Assembly: GCA_965246885.1 (NCBI GenBank)
Contig: OZ251992.1
Span: 2,816,001 to 2,880,000 of the forward strand
Length of the DNA: 64,000 bases
Reading direction: 5' to 3'
Origin: Abditibacterium sp.
GTDB taxonomy: Bacteria > Armatimonadota > Abditibacteriia > Abditibacteriales > Abditibacteriaceae
The notes under the pieces are model-generated. The model saw nothing but the letters and a program-made list of their open reading frames with translations. It ran no database searches and was not told the origin of the DNA. How positions within the stretch are numbered: the first letter of the stretch is position 1; the number at the start of each line of letters is the position of its first letter. Below are positions 47,507-56,205 of this stretch, piece by piece. A program made the position numbers and the translations under genes.

Positions 47507-48745
47507 GTGACCGCTTCCAAATCCACCCGCCAAGCCCACAACCCGGCCCGCCATCAACTGACAAAGGACTGGCCCACCCTTCCGCCGCTTTCCCCGCTCA
47601 CCTATTACCGCCGCAACATTTGGCGCGTCCTGCCCGTCGCGGGCGCCATCATCATCTCCGTCTTCCTTATCGCGGCCATCGTCACCCTGCTCAACTCGGT
47701 TGACCGCTCTATCCAAGTCGAATACGGCTCGATGCGCAACTACTCGATCCTTGCGCCCCGTTTAGAGCGCGACGTGCCCACACCCGTTCTCCAAGCCGCC
47801 GCCAAAATCCCCGAAGTCCGCGATGTCGTGCTGACCATCCCCTACTTCGTGTTCCTCAAAACCGTGTTCGGCAAAATGCCCGTCCCCATCTATGGCTTCG
47901 ACCCCCAAGACTCGGCGAAGATCGTTGCCGTCACGGGCAACAAGGTCGTCGCAGGGCGCTTGCCGCGCCTCAATCAGCCGGAAATCGCCATCTCGCGCGC
48001 GTGGTCGCACAACTTCAAAGTCGGATTGGGCGGCAAATACCTGCCTTTCGATGAGCAGTTGCCAACGCTCGCCGAGCCGCAGACCGTCGTGGGCATCCTC
48101 GACGGCGGGGACAACATCGCCATTGCCGACAAGACCTACCTGCAACTTACGCTCAACGACGTCGTGCAACGCCCCTCCTATTTCTACCTGCCCCGCACGC
48201 CCAAAGAGCTACCGGCGATGTCCGCCAAGTTGGAGTCCATCGTGGGCCACCCCCAGAAGTTAGGCTTCGGGGCCGACTTGTCCAAGCGATTGAAAGTCTT
48301 CACTTTCGACGGCCTCGTGAACGACTTGCGGCGCAATCTGGGCTTCCTTTACACCTTCTTGGGCATCGCCGACGCCCTCGTGATTGGCACCGTCGCTCTC
48401 CTGTCGGGCTTCTTGGCGAACATCTACTTCGAGCAACGCTTAGGAGAGTTCGGCCTGCTGTCCGCTCTGGGATTCCGGCGCGAGCGGCTGGCCAAGCGCT
48501 TGATAATTGAAACCGGCAGCTTGGTCATGCTGGCATGGGTCGGCGGGCTGGGATTCACCGCCATCGCCATTAAGATACTCGACGTCCTCTACATGACGCC
48601 GCACGGCTTGGTCTTGGCGCCCATCGCGCGCGACGCGCTGCTTTATACCCTTCCAACGCCGATACTGGTCGGCTTCGCGTCGCTGGGCACTGTCTTGACG
48701 CGCTTGTATCGCCTCGACCCAATTGAAATCATGGAGCGCCGCTAA
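47507..48745 (+). CDS. ABC transporter permease (FtsX/MacB-like)
   Basis: N-terminal TM, periplasmic GRLP...EIAIS, R..EFGLL.ALGF, three C-terminal TMs, LDPIEIMERR; GTG start inferred. Confidence 0.8.
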   Translation: MTASKSTRQAHNPARHQLTKDWPTLPPLSPLTYYRRNIWRVLPVAGAIIISVFLIAAIVTLLNSVDRSIQVEYGSMRNYSILAPRLERDVPTPVLQAAAKIPEVRDVVLTIPYFVFLKTVFGKMPVPIYGFDPQDSAKIVAVTGNKVVAGRLPRLNQPEIAISRAWSHNFKVGLGGKYLPFDEQLPTLAEPQTVVGILDGGDNIAIADKTYLQLTLNDVVQRPSYFYLPRTPKELPAMSAKLESIVGHPQKLGFGADLSKRLKVFTFDGLVNDLRRNLGFLYTFLGIADALVIGTVALLSGFLANIYFEQRLGEFGLLSALGFRRERLAKRLIIETGSLVMLAWVGGLGFTAIAIKILDVLYMTPHGLVLAPIARDALLYTLPTPILVGFASLGTVLTRLYRLDPIEIMERR

Positions 48746-48753
48746 GCACCGCC

Positions 48754-49482
48754 ATGAGCGAAATCCACCTGACGCCCGATTTGGAGCGCGCCGCGCACGC
48801 CGACCTGCGCGCCGAGCACCTCACGCTTACCTACGTGACGCCGCGCTCCACCACCTACGCCGTGAGCGACATCTCGCTTCGCGTCGGGCCGCGCGAGTTT
48901 GCGGGGATAGTTGGCCCATCGGGAAGCGGCAAGTCGTCCCTGCTTTATCTCATGTCGGGCATGCGCACCGCCACATCGGGCGACGTGTGGTTCGGCGACT
49001 TCCACTACTCCGCCGCCTCGCCCAGCGAGAAGCTCGACTTCCGCCGCGCCTCGTTCGGCTTCATCTTCCAGCAGCCGCACCTCATCTCGTATCTGAGCGT
49101 GTTGGAAAACGTCCTCGTGCCCATCGAGAACCCGACGCCCAGCGACAAAGCGCGCGCCTTGGATTTGCTCGACTCTCTCGGCATTGAGGAACTGGCGCCC
49201 AAGTTCCCCAACGAGTGCTCCGGCGGCGAGCGCGTGCGCGCTTCGATGGCGCGCGGCCTCGTCCACCGCCCCGCGTGGCTGTGGGTGGACGAACCCACCG
49301 CCTCGCTCGACTCCCAAACGGGCAAGATGGTCATGGACGTGCTCCGGGGCCAAACCGATCACGGCGCCTTGATTGTCATCACGCACGACCTCGACATCCT
49401 CGACGACGCCGACATCGTCTTCCGCATGCGCGACGGCGCCCTCACCGAAACCTTCACCCCGCGCGCGGCCAAGCCGGGGTAA
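48754..49482 (+). CDS. ABC transporter ATP-binding protein (LolD-like)
   Basis: GPSGSGKS, FGFIFQ, SGGER, DEPTASLD, ITHD. Confidence 0.92.
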   Translation: MSEIHLTPDLERAAHADLRAEHLTLTYVTPRSTTYAVSDISLRVGPREFAGIVGPSGSGKSSLLYLMSGMRTATSGDVWFGDFHYSAASPSEKLDFRRASFGFIFQQPHLISYLSVLENVLVPIENPTPSDKARALDLLDSLGIEELAPKFPNECSGGERVRASMARGLVHRPAWLWVDEPTASLDSQTGKMVMDVLRGQTDHGALIVITHDLDILDDADIVFRMRDGALTETFTPRAAKPG

Positions 49483-49518
49483 GCCGCGCACCCCGGCAAC
49501 GCCTACACTCCGTGCACC

Positions 49519-50463
49519 ATGAAAATCTTTCCCCTGCTCGCCGCAGGCGTGATGCTCCTGCTTTGCGTTCCGGTCAACGCCGCGCCCAGTTCGGGGGATG
49601 AGCCGCCCACACTCGCGCCGCAAAAGGGTGTTAAGTGGAGCCTGAGCGTCGCTTTCGCCCGCGTCGCCATCGGCGGCATCCCCAGCGAAGCGCATCAAAC
49701 CCCGTTCACACTCCGCGCGAGCGACGCCAAGGGCAAACCGCTCGCGGGCGTTCTGGCCGCGCTTCCCCAAATTCGCAACTCGCTGGGGCACATGGAGCCA
49801 GACAAGGAACGCGGTATCGTCTCGGCGCGCGTTGCGTGGCTTGGCACTACCCCAATACCCGTCACCGACGCCAAAGGCGAGATTCGCGGCTTGTTCACTT
49901 CCGGCGGAGTCGAGGAAACCGTCACGCTTCTGGTGCCGAGTGCTAAGGGCGTGGACATCGAACAAGTTTGGAATGATGTTGAAGACCCAAATGGCGACGG
50001 TGTTTTCTCTATCCCAGAGGGAACAACTCCAGTGGACTTCTCGATGGGCCTTAAGCGGGGCGACAAAATGCTGCCAATCGTGGGGCATCACCTAAACCTT
50101 GAGATTGATGCCATCACCTTCACGGCGATCCGGCGCACTGGCAAAGTGGATGAGCAAGGCATCCCAGAAACAGAGGAGAACAGCTTCGACTGGAAAATCA
50201 AAAACCCCGGTGATGAAGGCTCGGCCCTCGACAAAGCGCGCTGGGAGTTTGTCAAGCAGTTCGTGACCTCCGCCGCCACGACCGAGGGAGCGCCGGGGCA
50301 ATACCACAGTTGGTACACCACCTCTTTCCCTTCAAGTGACGCCCCCGGTGCGGGCGTTGTATTAGAAAACTGCCTGCTGACCGGGGTCAGCGATGTAGAC
50401 TCCGCGACATCTGATAACGACGCGCACGACAGTGAAATCGCCCCCCGCAACCCGCACCCATAA
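49519..50463 (+). CDS. Secreted hypothetical protein
   Basis: Signal peptide; acidic, beta-rich body. Confidence 0.6.
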   Translation: MKIFPLLAAGVMLLLCVPVNAAPSSGDEPPTLAPQKGVKWSLSVAFARVAIGGIPSEAHQTPFTLRASDAKGKPLAGVLAALPQIRNSLGHMEPDKERGIVSARVAWLGTTPIPVTDAKGEIRGLFTSGGVEETVTLLVPSAKGVDIEQVWNDVEDPNGDGVFSIPEGTTPVDFSMGLKRGDKMLPIVGHHLNLEIDAITFTAIRRTGKVDEQGIPETEENSFDWKIKNPGDEGSALDKARWEFVKQFVTSAATTEGAPGQYHSWYTTSFPSSDAPGAGVVLENCLLTGVSDVDSATSDNDAHDSEIAPRNPHP

Positions 50464-50474
50464 AGCGGGCGCGC

Positions 50475-51560
50475 TTAGAAACTGCCCGTTTCAATGAGGT
50501 TGCCGTGCGAGTCGCGGGGATGAGCGCGCGGCGCCGGGGCGGACGCGAAGGTCTTCTCGATGTGCGGCAGGTGCCCGATGAGGTGCGTGGCCGCTCCCGT
50601 TACGCTTTGGGCATCCAGCGCGTGCGAGCGGAACCACAAGGGCGCCCACTGGCCGCACGCCTCGCCTTTGTGCGCCCATGTCTCGCCCACGCCCAAGACA
50701 ATCGCATACGGCAGCAACCTCTCGAAGAGTGCCGCGTCTCTGGTGAGCATCGCTCCCAGAGACACGGGGTTCACCGCCCGCACCCACGCGATGAAGCGGC
50801 GCGACTGATCGGCTTTGAGCGTTCCCACTACAGTTCGAGAGGGCATCCAAGGCGCCACTAAAAACCACAGTGCGCCCGACAGCGCAAGGCCAAGGGGGAA
50901 CATGACCAACGTCGCGCTTCCGCCCGCATTGGCCGTTAGCGTCGCCACCGCCAAAAAGCCGAACAGCAAGAGGAACCCCACCACAGCGAAGAACTCGCGC
51001 GTTGCTTTCGGGTCGGCGTGGTAGAAGCCCTCCCGTTTCAGGCTCTCATAAATCTCCGCTTCGAGAGGGGGCAAGTGGCGATAGAACTTGTTGTGCAAGA
51101 GCGACAGCGCGGTTTCGTTCCAAGGTTGCTCCGACGGGTTAATGTTTGCCGGACGCCTTCCCCTTTCAATGTCGGGCGGTTGCGAATCGAACAGCGCCGA
51201 GAGAAACATCCGCTCGTGCTTTTTCAGACGCTCAATGGGCGGGGCACCCTCGCAGCGCACGAAGCGCAGGTCGTCCGACTCCACCAGCCACTCACCCGGC
51301 GCGGCTTCTTCTATGGACAGGAAGCCGCGCGCCGCCAAGTCCACGAGCGTCGCCACGATGTCGAGCGGGTCGCACGAGTTGTCAATCAGCGTCGCCACTT
51401 GCGCGGGCGACAGGTCGAGCGGCGGCAGGGAGTGATCTGGCAAGCGCACCCGCGCCCGGTCATCCCGCCCCCGCCACAACCAAACTCCCAACAACCCCAA
51501 CGCAGTGAGGAGGGGAAACACCCAAAGCGGCCAGAAATGCGAAGCGAAAAGAAGAGTCAC
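50475..51560 (-). CDS. DUF2207-like membrane protein (C-terminal-domain type)
   Basis: PP.DLSPA....LID, ATLVDLAARG.L.I, FERLLPYAIVLGV...W. Confidence 0.78.
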   Translation of the reverse strand: MTLLFASHFWPLWVFPLLTALGLLGVWLWRGRDDRARVRLPDHSLPPLDLSPAQVATLIDNSCDPLDIVATLVDLAARGFLSIEEAAPGEWLVESDDLRFVRCEGAPPIERLKKHERMFLSALFDSQPPDIERGRRPANINPSEQPWNETALSLLHNKFYRHLPPLEAEIYESLKREGFYHADPKATREFFAVVGFLLLFGFLAVATLTANAGGSATLVMFPLGLALSGALWFLVAPWMPSRTVVGTLKADQSRRFIAWVRAVNPVSLGAMLTRDAALFERLLPYAIVLGVGETWAHKGEACGQWAPLWFRSHALDAQSVTGAATHLIGHLPHIEKTFASAPAPRAHPRDSHGNLIETGSF

Positions 51561-51640
51561 GGGCGTAGTGTGACTTGCCAGTGTCTGACGTGCGAGGGGA
51601 ACCAGCGTTCTCCCTTCAGCCTGAGAAGTGCAGGGAAGCG

Positions 51641-51707
51641 GATTGGAAGGGTGCGGTAGCCCCGCTTCTTACTTTGTCGGGAGCGGGGCTACCGCACCCT
51701 TCCAATC
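51641..51707. repeat. 26-bp perfect inverted repeat (REP doublet-like)
   Basis: GATTGGAAGGGTGCGGTAGCCCCGCT / AGCGGGGCTACCGCACCCTTCCAATC. Confidence 0.85.
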
Positions 51708-51752
51708 ATCAAGCCACTCGACGCAACTTTGACTTGGAGTTCCCATCCGCCC

Positions 51753-53273
51753 CTACCCTGCCAGCGCGCGCAGCAATTCCCGCAGAATCGCCCAATTGCG
51801 CGCGACGCTTGGAATCGAAACCCACTCGGCGGGCGTATGAGCGCCCCTGATGGTGGGGCCAAACGACACGGCATCCAAACCGGGGAGTTTCTCGCTGAGC
51901 AACCCGCACTCCAAGCCCGCATGCACCACTTCGACACGCGGCAGGTGTCCGCTCACGTTGGCAAAGGCGGCGGCGGTTTGGTCACGCAGGGGCGAGTCCG
52001 CGCGCGGCTCCCAGCCGGGATAGCCGTCGCGTTCTTCGATGCGCGCGCCCGCCGCTTCGCCCATCTCGCGGCACTTCGCCTGCATCCGCGCGATGTCGCC
52101 CGCCACAAAGGAGCGGTTCGAGACGTGCATCTCGACTTCCCCGGCGCTTGTCGCGACTTGCGCGAGGTTGGAAGAGGTCTGCACTTTCCCCTCCCAGCGC
52201 GCGCTCATCGTTTGCACTCCGTGCGGCAGGTCACGGATTAGACTGAGCACCTGCCGCGTCGCGGCAGGGGACATTGGCGCCGCCATGTCGCCCCGCTCGT
52301 TTGCGACTTGAATCGTCAGCCCCGGTTCATCGGCGAGCCAGTGGCTTGTGAGGGCGTCCGCCGCTCTTGTAAGCGGGGCCGCCACCCTTGCGACCGCCGC
52401 TCTTGTAAGCGGGGCCGCCACCCTTGCGACCGCCGCTTCAAGCGATTCGCCGCCCGGCGTGGGGACGGCGACTATCGCCACGCAGTCGCGGGGGATAGCG
52501 TTGTGCGCGGTGCCGCCGTCAAGGGCGACGAGGCGCATTTCGGGCAAAGCGTCGAGAAGTTGCCCTGTCATTTTCAGGGCGTTGCCCAACTTCTCCCCAA
52601 TCTGTATCCCCGAATGGCCGCCCGCCAAGCCCGATACGGAGACGCGGTAGAGCTTCCCATCACCTTGCAACGGCTCGCGCTTGATGGGCAAGTGGAGCGT
52701 CACGCCCGCGCCGCCCGCGCAACCGATGGTGATTTCGTCGTCCTCCTCGGAGTCGAGATTAATCAGGCGCCGCGCGCTCACCAGAGCGGGGTCAAGCAAG
52801 GCGGCGCCATACAGCCCGCTTTCTTCTTCGACGGTGAACAGTAGTTCGAGCGGCGGGTGCGTGGGCGCATCGCCTTCCAAAAGGGCGAGCATGAACGCGA
52901 CGCCGATGCCGTTGTCGGCGCCCAATGTTGTGCCGGTCGCGTAAACATGGTCGCCCTCGCGTCGGGGGATAATGGCATCGCGCTCGAAGTCGAAAGGGGT
53001 ATCGGGCGTCTTCTGGCAAACCATGTCGAGGTGCGCTTGAATGGCGACAGTTGGGGCATCGGGCGCCGCGTTTTTGGAGGGAACGCGCACGACCAAGTTG
53101 CCGCGTTCGTCGCGGGTGTGGGAAACGCCGCGCGCGTCGGCGAGGCTTTCGATGGCGGTGCGCAAAGCTTCTTCTTGCCCCGAAGGGCGCGGGGTGGCGT
53201 TGAGCAGGGCGAAGGCGCGCCACACGGAAGCGGGTTCGAGGTCTTGGTAAGCGGATGGAAGCGGGATATTCAT
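51753..53273 (-). CDS. pepD: Aminoacyl-histidine dipeptidase (M20 peptidase D)
   Basis: QAHLDMVC, TTLGADNGIG, TVEEE.G, NLDSEE, GGHSG, HAGLECG, H.PAE. Confidence 0.92.
   Translation of the reverse strand: MNIPLPSAYQDLEPASVWRAFALLNATPRPSGQEEALRTAIESLADARGVSHTRDERGNLVVRVPSKNAAPDAPTVAIQAHLDMVCQKTPDTPFDFERDAIIPRREGDHVYATGTTLGADNGIGVAFMLALLEGDAPTHPPLELLFTVEEESGLYGAALLDPALVSARRLINLDSEEDDEITIGCAGGAGVTLHLPIKREPLQGDGKLYRVSVSGLAGGHSGIQIGEKLGNALKMTGQLLDALPEMRLVALDGGTAHNAIPRDCVAIVAVPTPGGESLEAAVARVAAPLTRAAVARVAAPLTRAADALTSHWLADEPGLTIQVANERGDMAAPMSPAATRQVLSLIRDLPHGVQTMSARWEGKVQTSSNLAQVATSAGEVEMHVSNRSFVAGDIARMQAKCREMGEAAGARIEERDGYPGWEPRADSPLRDQTAAAFANVSGHLPRVEVVHAGLECGLLSEKLPGLDAVSFGPTIRGAHTPAEWVSIPSVARNWAILRELLRALAG
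52358..52437. repeat. Perfect 36-bp in-frame tandem duplication inside pepD
   Basis: CCGCCGCTCTTGTAAGCGGGGCCGCCACCCTTGCGA x2 plus CCGCCGCT; protein AAVARVAAPLTR x2. Confidence 0.92.
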
Positions 53274-53307
53274 CACTTCTCCAGTTTGCCCGCACACTGA
53301 GGGGAAG

Positions 53308-53826
53308 ATGGAGCAGTGGCACGACTTCTGGGTGGTGGCGGGCACGGCGGCGGCAACGCTGCTGGGCTTGCTGTTTGTGGCGTTGTCGGTCAACAAAGAC
53401 CCCATCGCGGCGCGACCCTTATTGCGCTCGCTCGCGCGCCAGACATTTCTGTCATTGGGGATTATTCTGCTGCTCGCCGTGACGAGCTTGGTGCCTTCGC
53501 GCGCCCTATCGCCGCACGCGGTGGGCGGTTACTTCATCTTTGGCGCGGTGGCGACGCTGGTGTTATCGGGCACGGTGCACCTGCGAACGCTACGCGAGAA
53601 CCGGCGACGGCGGCAGGAAGGCGCACGGGCACGGGCGTTCCACGAGGGCGAGTATCTGGCGCGCGTGGCGGTGTATAACCTCGGACTGTTGTGTATTTTG
53701 GCGGCGGGGCGGGCGCTGTGGCGCGGCGACGTAGATGGCGCGCGCTTTCTGCTACCTGCCGTTGTCCTGCTGGGAGCGCTGGCGCTGGGCAACTCGTGGG
53801 GGTTGGTGCTGCGCGTAGAGGAGTAA
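53308..53826 (+). CDS. Hypothetical membrane protein
   Basis: W.DF....GTAAATLLGLLFVALSVN N-terminus; about 5 TMs. Confidence 0.75.
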   Translation: MEQWHDFWVVAGTAAATLLGLLFVALSVNKDPIAARPLLRSLARQTFLSLGIILLLAVTSLVPSRALSPHAVGGYFIFGAVATLVLSGTVHLRTLRENRRRRQEGARARAFHEGEYLARVAVYNLGLLCILAAGRALWRGDVDGARFLLPAVVLLGALALGNSWGLVLRVEE

Positions 53827-53836
53827 TTCGGGCACT

Positions 53837-54004
53837 GACGGACATCTGCCAACGGACGGCGCGCGTCTGTCGCGCTTCCGCCGATGTCTGCCATTGGTTG
53901 ACGCGCATCTGCCAACCGGCGGCGCACATGCGCCAACGACTGACAGAGTGTGGCGGAGGTCGGCCCCATGTCTGTCGCTCGTTGACAGACATGGGCGACT
54001 CGAA
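53837..54004. repeat. Degenerate 21-nt-period array E (8 units) between convergent genes
   Basis: GACGGACATCTGCCAACGGAC, GACGCGCATCTGCCAACCGGC, GGCGCACATGCGCCAACGACT and others; RTCTGYC recurs every 21 nt. Confidence 0.8.
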
Positions 54005-54026
54005 GAATTACGTCCGCGCGGGGCGC

Positions 54027-55355
54027 CTACACCCCGGCGGCGCGGGGCAGAACCACGCGGAAGCGGGTGCCGCTTGCGGGAGCGGCAATGCCGTTGGAGC
54101 CGGGGGCGGAGGTAGGCGCGTCGGCGTTGGAATGGACTTCGACGTGACCGCCGTGCGTTTCGACGATGTGCTTCACGATGGCAAGGCCAAGTCCGGTGCC
54201 ACCTTCGGCGCGCGAGCGGGCTTTGTCCACACGGTAGAACCGCTCGAAAACGCGCGGCAAGTCATCCGCCGGGATGCCGATGCCGTTGTCCTCGACTTCA
54301 AACCACGCGCCGCTCGCGTCTTCGCCCACGCCAAGCGAGACGCGCCCGCCCGACGGGGTGTAGGAGAGCGCGTTGTCGAGCAAATTGAAGGCGACCTGTT
54401 CGAGCGCGGGCGCATCGCCTTCGACGCGGGGGCTACTGCCGGTTTCTTCCCAATGGAGCGCGATGTCGCGGCGAGCGGCTTTATCGCGCAAACGCGCGAT
54501 AGCGTTATCTACAATCGGGCGCAGTTCGACGGGCGAGAACGGCGACACGCTGGCTCCTTCGGCGCGCGCCAGATCAAGCAAGTCCGACACGAGGCGCGAC
54601 AACCGCTCGGCTTCGGTGATGAGCGGCGGTAAAAAGCGCTCGGCGGCGCCGGGTTCGTCGCCCACGCTTTGCAAGGTTTCGGCGAGGGCGCGCACCGTTG
54701 CGATGGGGGTGCGCAGTTCGTGCGAAGCGTTGGACACGAAATCGCGCCGCACGCGTTCCAAGCGGCGCAGTTCAGTTAAGTCTTGCACGATGGCGACGGC
54801 ACCGGTGTGCGCTCCGGCCCCCGAAAAGACGGGCGCGACGCGCAAAAACACCTCGCGCGGGCGGGGGGAATACAGTTGCAATTCCTGCTCGCTGGAGTGA
54901 CCGTCGCGTAGCGCGTCGCGCATGGCCGAATCGAGGCCAAACGAGGGGAGCGCCTCGACGAGGTTGGCACCCAATACGTCCTGAATTTGTAAGTCGAACA
55001 AGCGTAGCGCGGCGGCGTTGACAAAGCGTAGCCGCGCTTCGTCGTCTACGACCAGCACGGCGTCTTGCAGCGAGGCGAGCACGTCTTCGAGTTCGCGGCG
55101 CGCGCGCGCTTCTTCGGCAGCGCTTTCTTCCAAGGCGGTGCGCACGGTCAGGAGGCGGCGCCACAGCCGCTCTTCTTCAGTGCCCAGTTGTTCGACTAAG
55201 TGCAGGGCCGCCACCTCGTTGCGCGCGGCGTAGGCCGAGGCCAAATCGGCACGCCAACGCTCGCGGCGCGCTCTGGCCGCTCCAAGCGCCAACAAGAGCA
55301 ACGCCAAAATCCCCGCCACAATCCAGCCCGACCACAAAATCATCGTGTTTTTCAT
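54027..55355 (-). CDS. PAS-containing sensor histidine kinase, PhoR-like
   Basis: N-terminal TM, PAS domain, RRDFVSNASHELRTP, NLLDNAL.Y, D.G.GIP, FERFYRVDKARSR..GGTGLGLAIVKH. Confidence 0.88.
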   Translation of the reverse strand: MKNTMILWSGWIVAGILALLLLALGAARARRERWRADLASAYAARNEVAALHLVEQLGTEEERLWRRLLTVRTALEESAAEEARARRELEDVLASLQDAVLVVDDEARLRFVNAAALRLFDLQIQDVLGANLVEALPSFGLDSAMRDALRDGHSSEQELQLYSPRPREVFLRVAPVFSGAGAHTGAVAIVQDLTELRRLERVRRDFVSNASHELRTPIATVRALAETLQSVGDEPGAAERFLPPLITEAERLSRLVSDLLDLARAEGASVSPFSPVELRPIVDNAIARLRDKAARRDIALHWEETGSSPRVEGDAPALEQVAFNLLDNALSYTPSGGRVSLGVGEDASGAWFEVEDNGIGIPADDLPRVFERFYRVDKARSRAEGGTGLGLAIVKHIVETHGGHVEVHSNADAPTSAPGSNGIAAPASGTRFRVVLPRAAGV

Positions 55356-55584
55356 CCACCTCCCGCCCATTGCGCCCCTTTCAATTTCGCGCGCCCTTAA
55401 TTTAGCGCCTTGGCGCCGGAGCGAGAGTAAGAATTTAACAGTCGCGCAGACATAGGCACAGAGGGCACCCTTACAGGGCCGCTCAACCCCTGCCAGCCTT
55501 CCAGCAACGCTACCTCCACTCCCCGCGCATCGCGCCTTAAATTTTTAGTGGGCACCACCCGGCATATCCGGTCACACTTGCGCT

Positions 55585-56181
55585 ATGCGTTTGCCCGCTG
55601 TTCCTTCCGACAACCGGTTCCGGATTCTGATAGCCGAGGATGACCCGGCCATCTCACGCCTCGTCGCCGTTCATCTCAAGATGGCCGGGTTCGACTCGAT
55701 AGAAGCGCCCGACGGGGTGCAGGCGTGGAGCCAGTTTCCAACTTTCAACCCGCACCTGCTGCTGACGGATATCCACATGCCGGGGATGTCGGGGCACGAG
55801 TTGGTCGAGAAAGTGCGCTCCGGGTCGGCGATTCCGATTCTGATGATGACCGCCGTTGACACCGACGAAGCGCAAATGCGCGGGTTCAAGGTAGGCGCCG
55901 ATGACTACATTCCCAAGCCGTTCAACCCCAAGTTGCTCGTGGCGCGCGTCATTGCCAACCTGCGCCGCGTCTATCGCTACGACGGCCCCGCCGGGCCATC
56001 GGCCACCGTTCCAGAAGTCAATCGCGTTCCGGCGGCTCTCGCCGATGGCTCGTTGCACTGCGACTCTTGCGGTTACATCGGCCCCGTATGGAAATTCAAC
56101 GGGCGCGACACCACGACCGGAGAAAAAGCCGTCATGTGTCCCAACTGCGGCAACAAGCACATCACCTTCGAGGTCGGGTAG
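55585..56181 (+). CDS. Response regulator: receiver domain plus C-terminal zinc ribbon
   Basis: ILIAEDD, LTDIHMPG, GADDYIPKPF; CDSC...CPNC tail instead of a winged helix. Confidence 0.85.
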   Translation: MRLPAVPSDNRFRILIAEDDPAISRLVAVHLKMAGFDSIEAPDGVQAWSQFPTFNPHLLLTDIHMPGMSGHELVEKVRSGSAIPILMMTAVDTDEAQMRGFKVGADDYIPKPFNPKLLVARVIANLRRVYRYDGPAGPSATVPEVNRVPAALADGSLHCDSCGYIGPVWKFNGRDTTTGEKAVMCPNCGNKHITFEVG

Positions 56182-56205
56182 CCCCTCTCCCGCATACTGA
56201 CGCCG

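Noticed and set aside
55380..55585. Pho boxes between the kinase and the response regulator
   Set aside because: TTAACA/TTACA-like words are not at 11-nt spacing.
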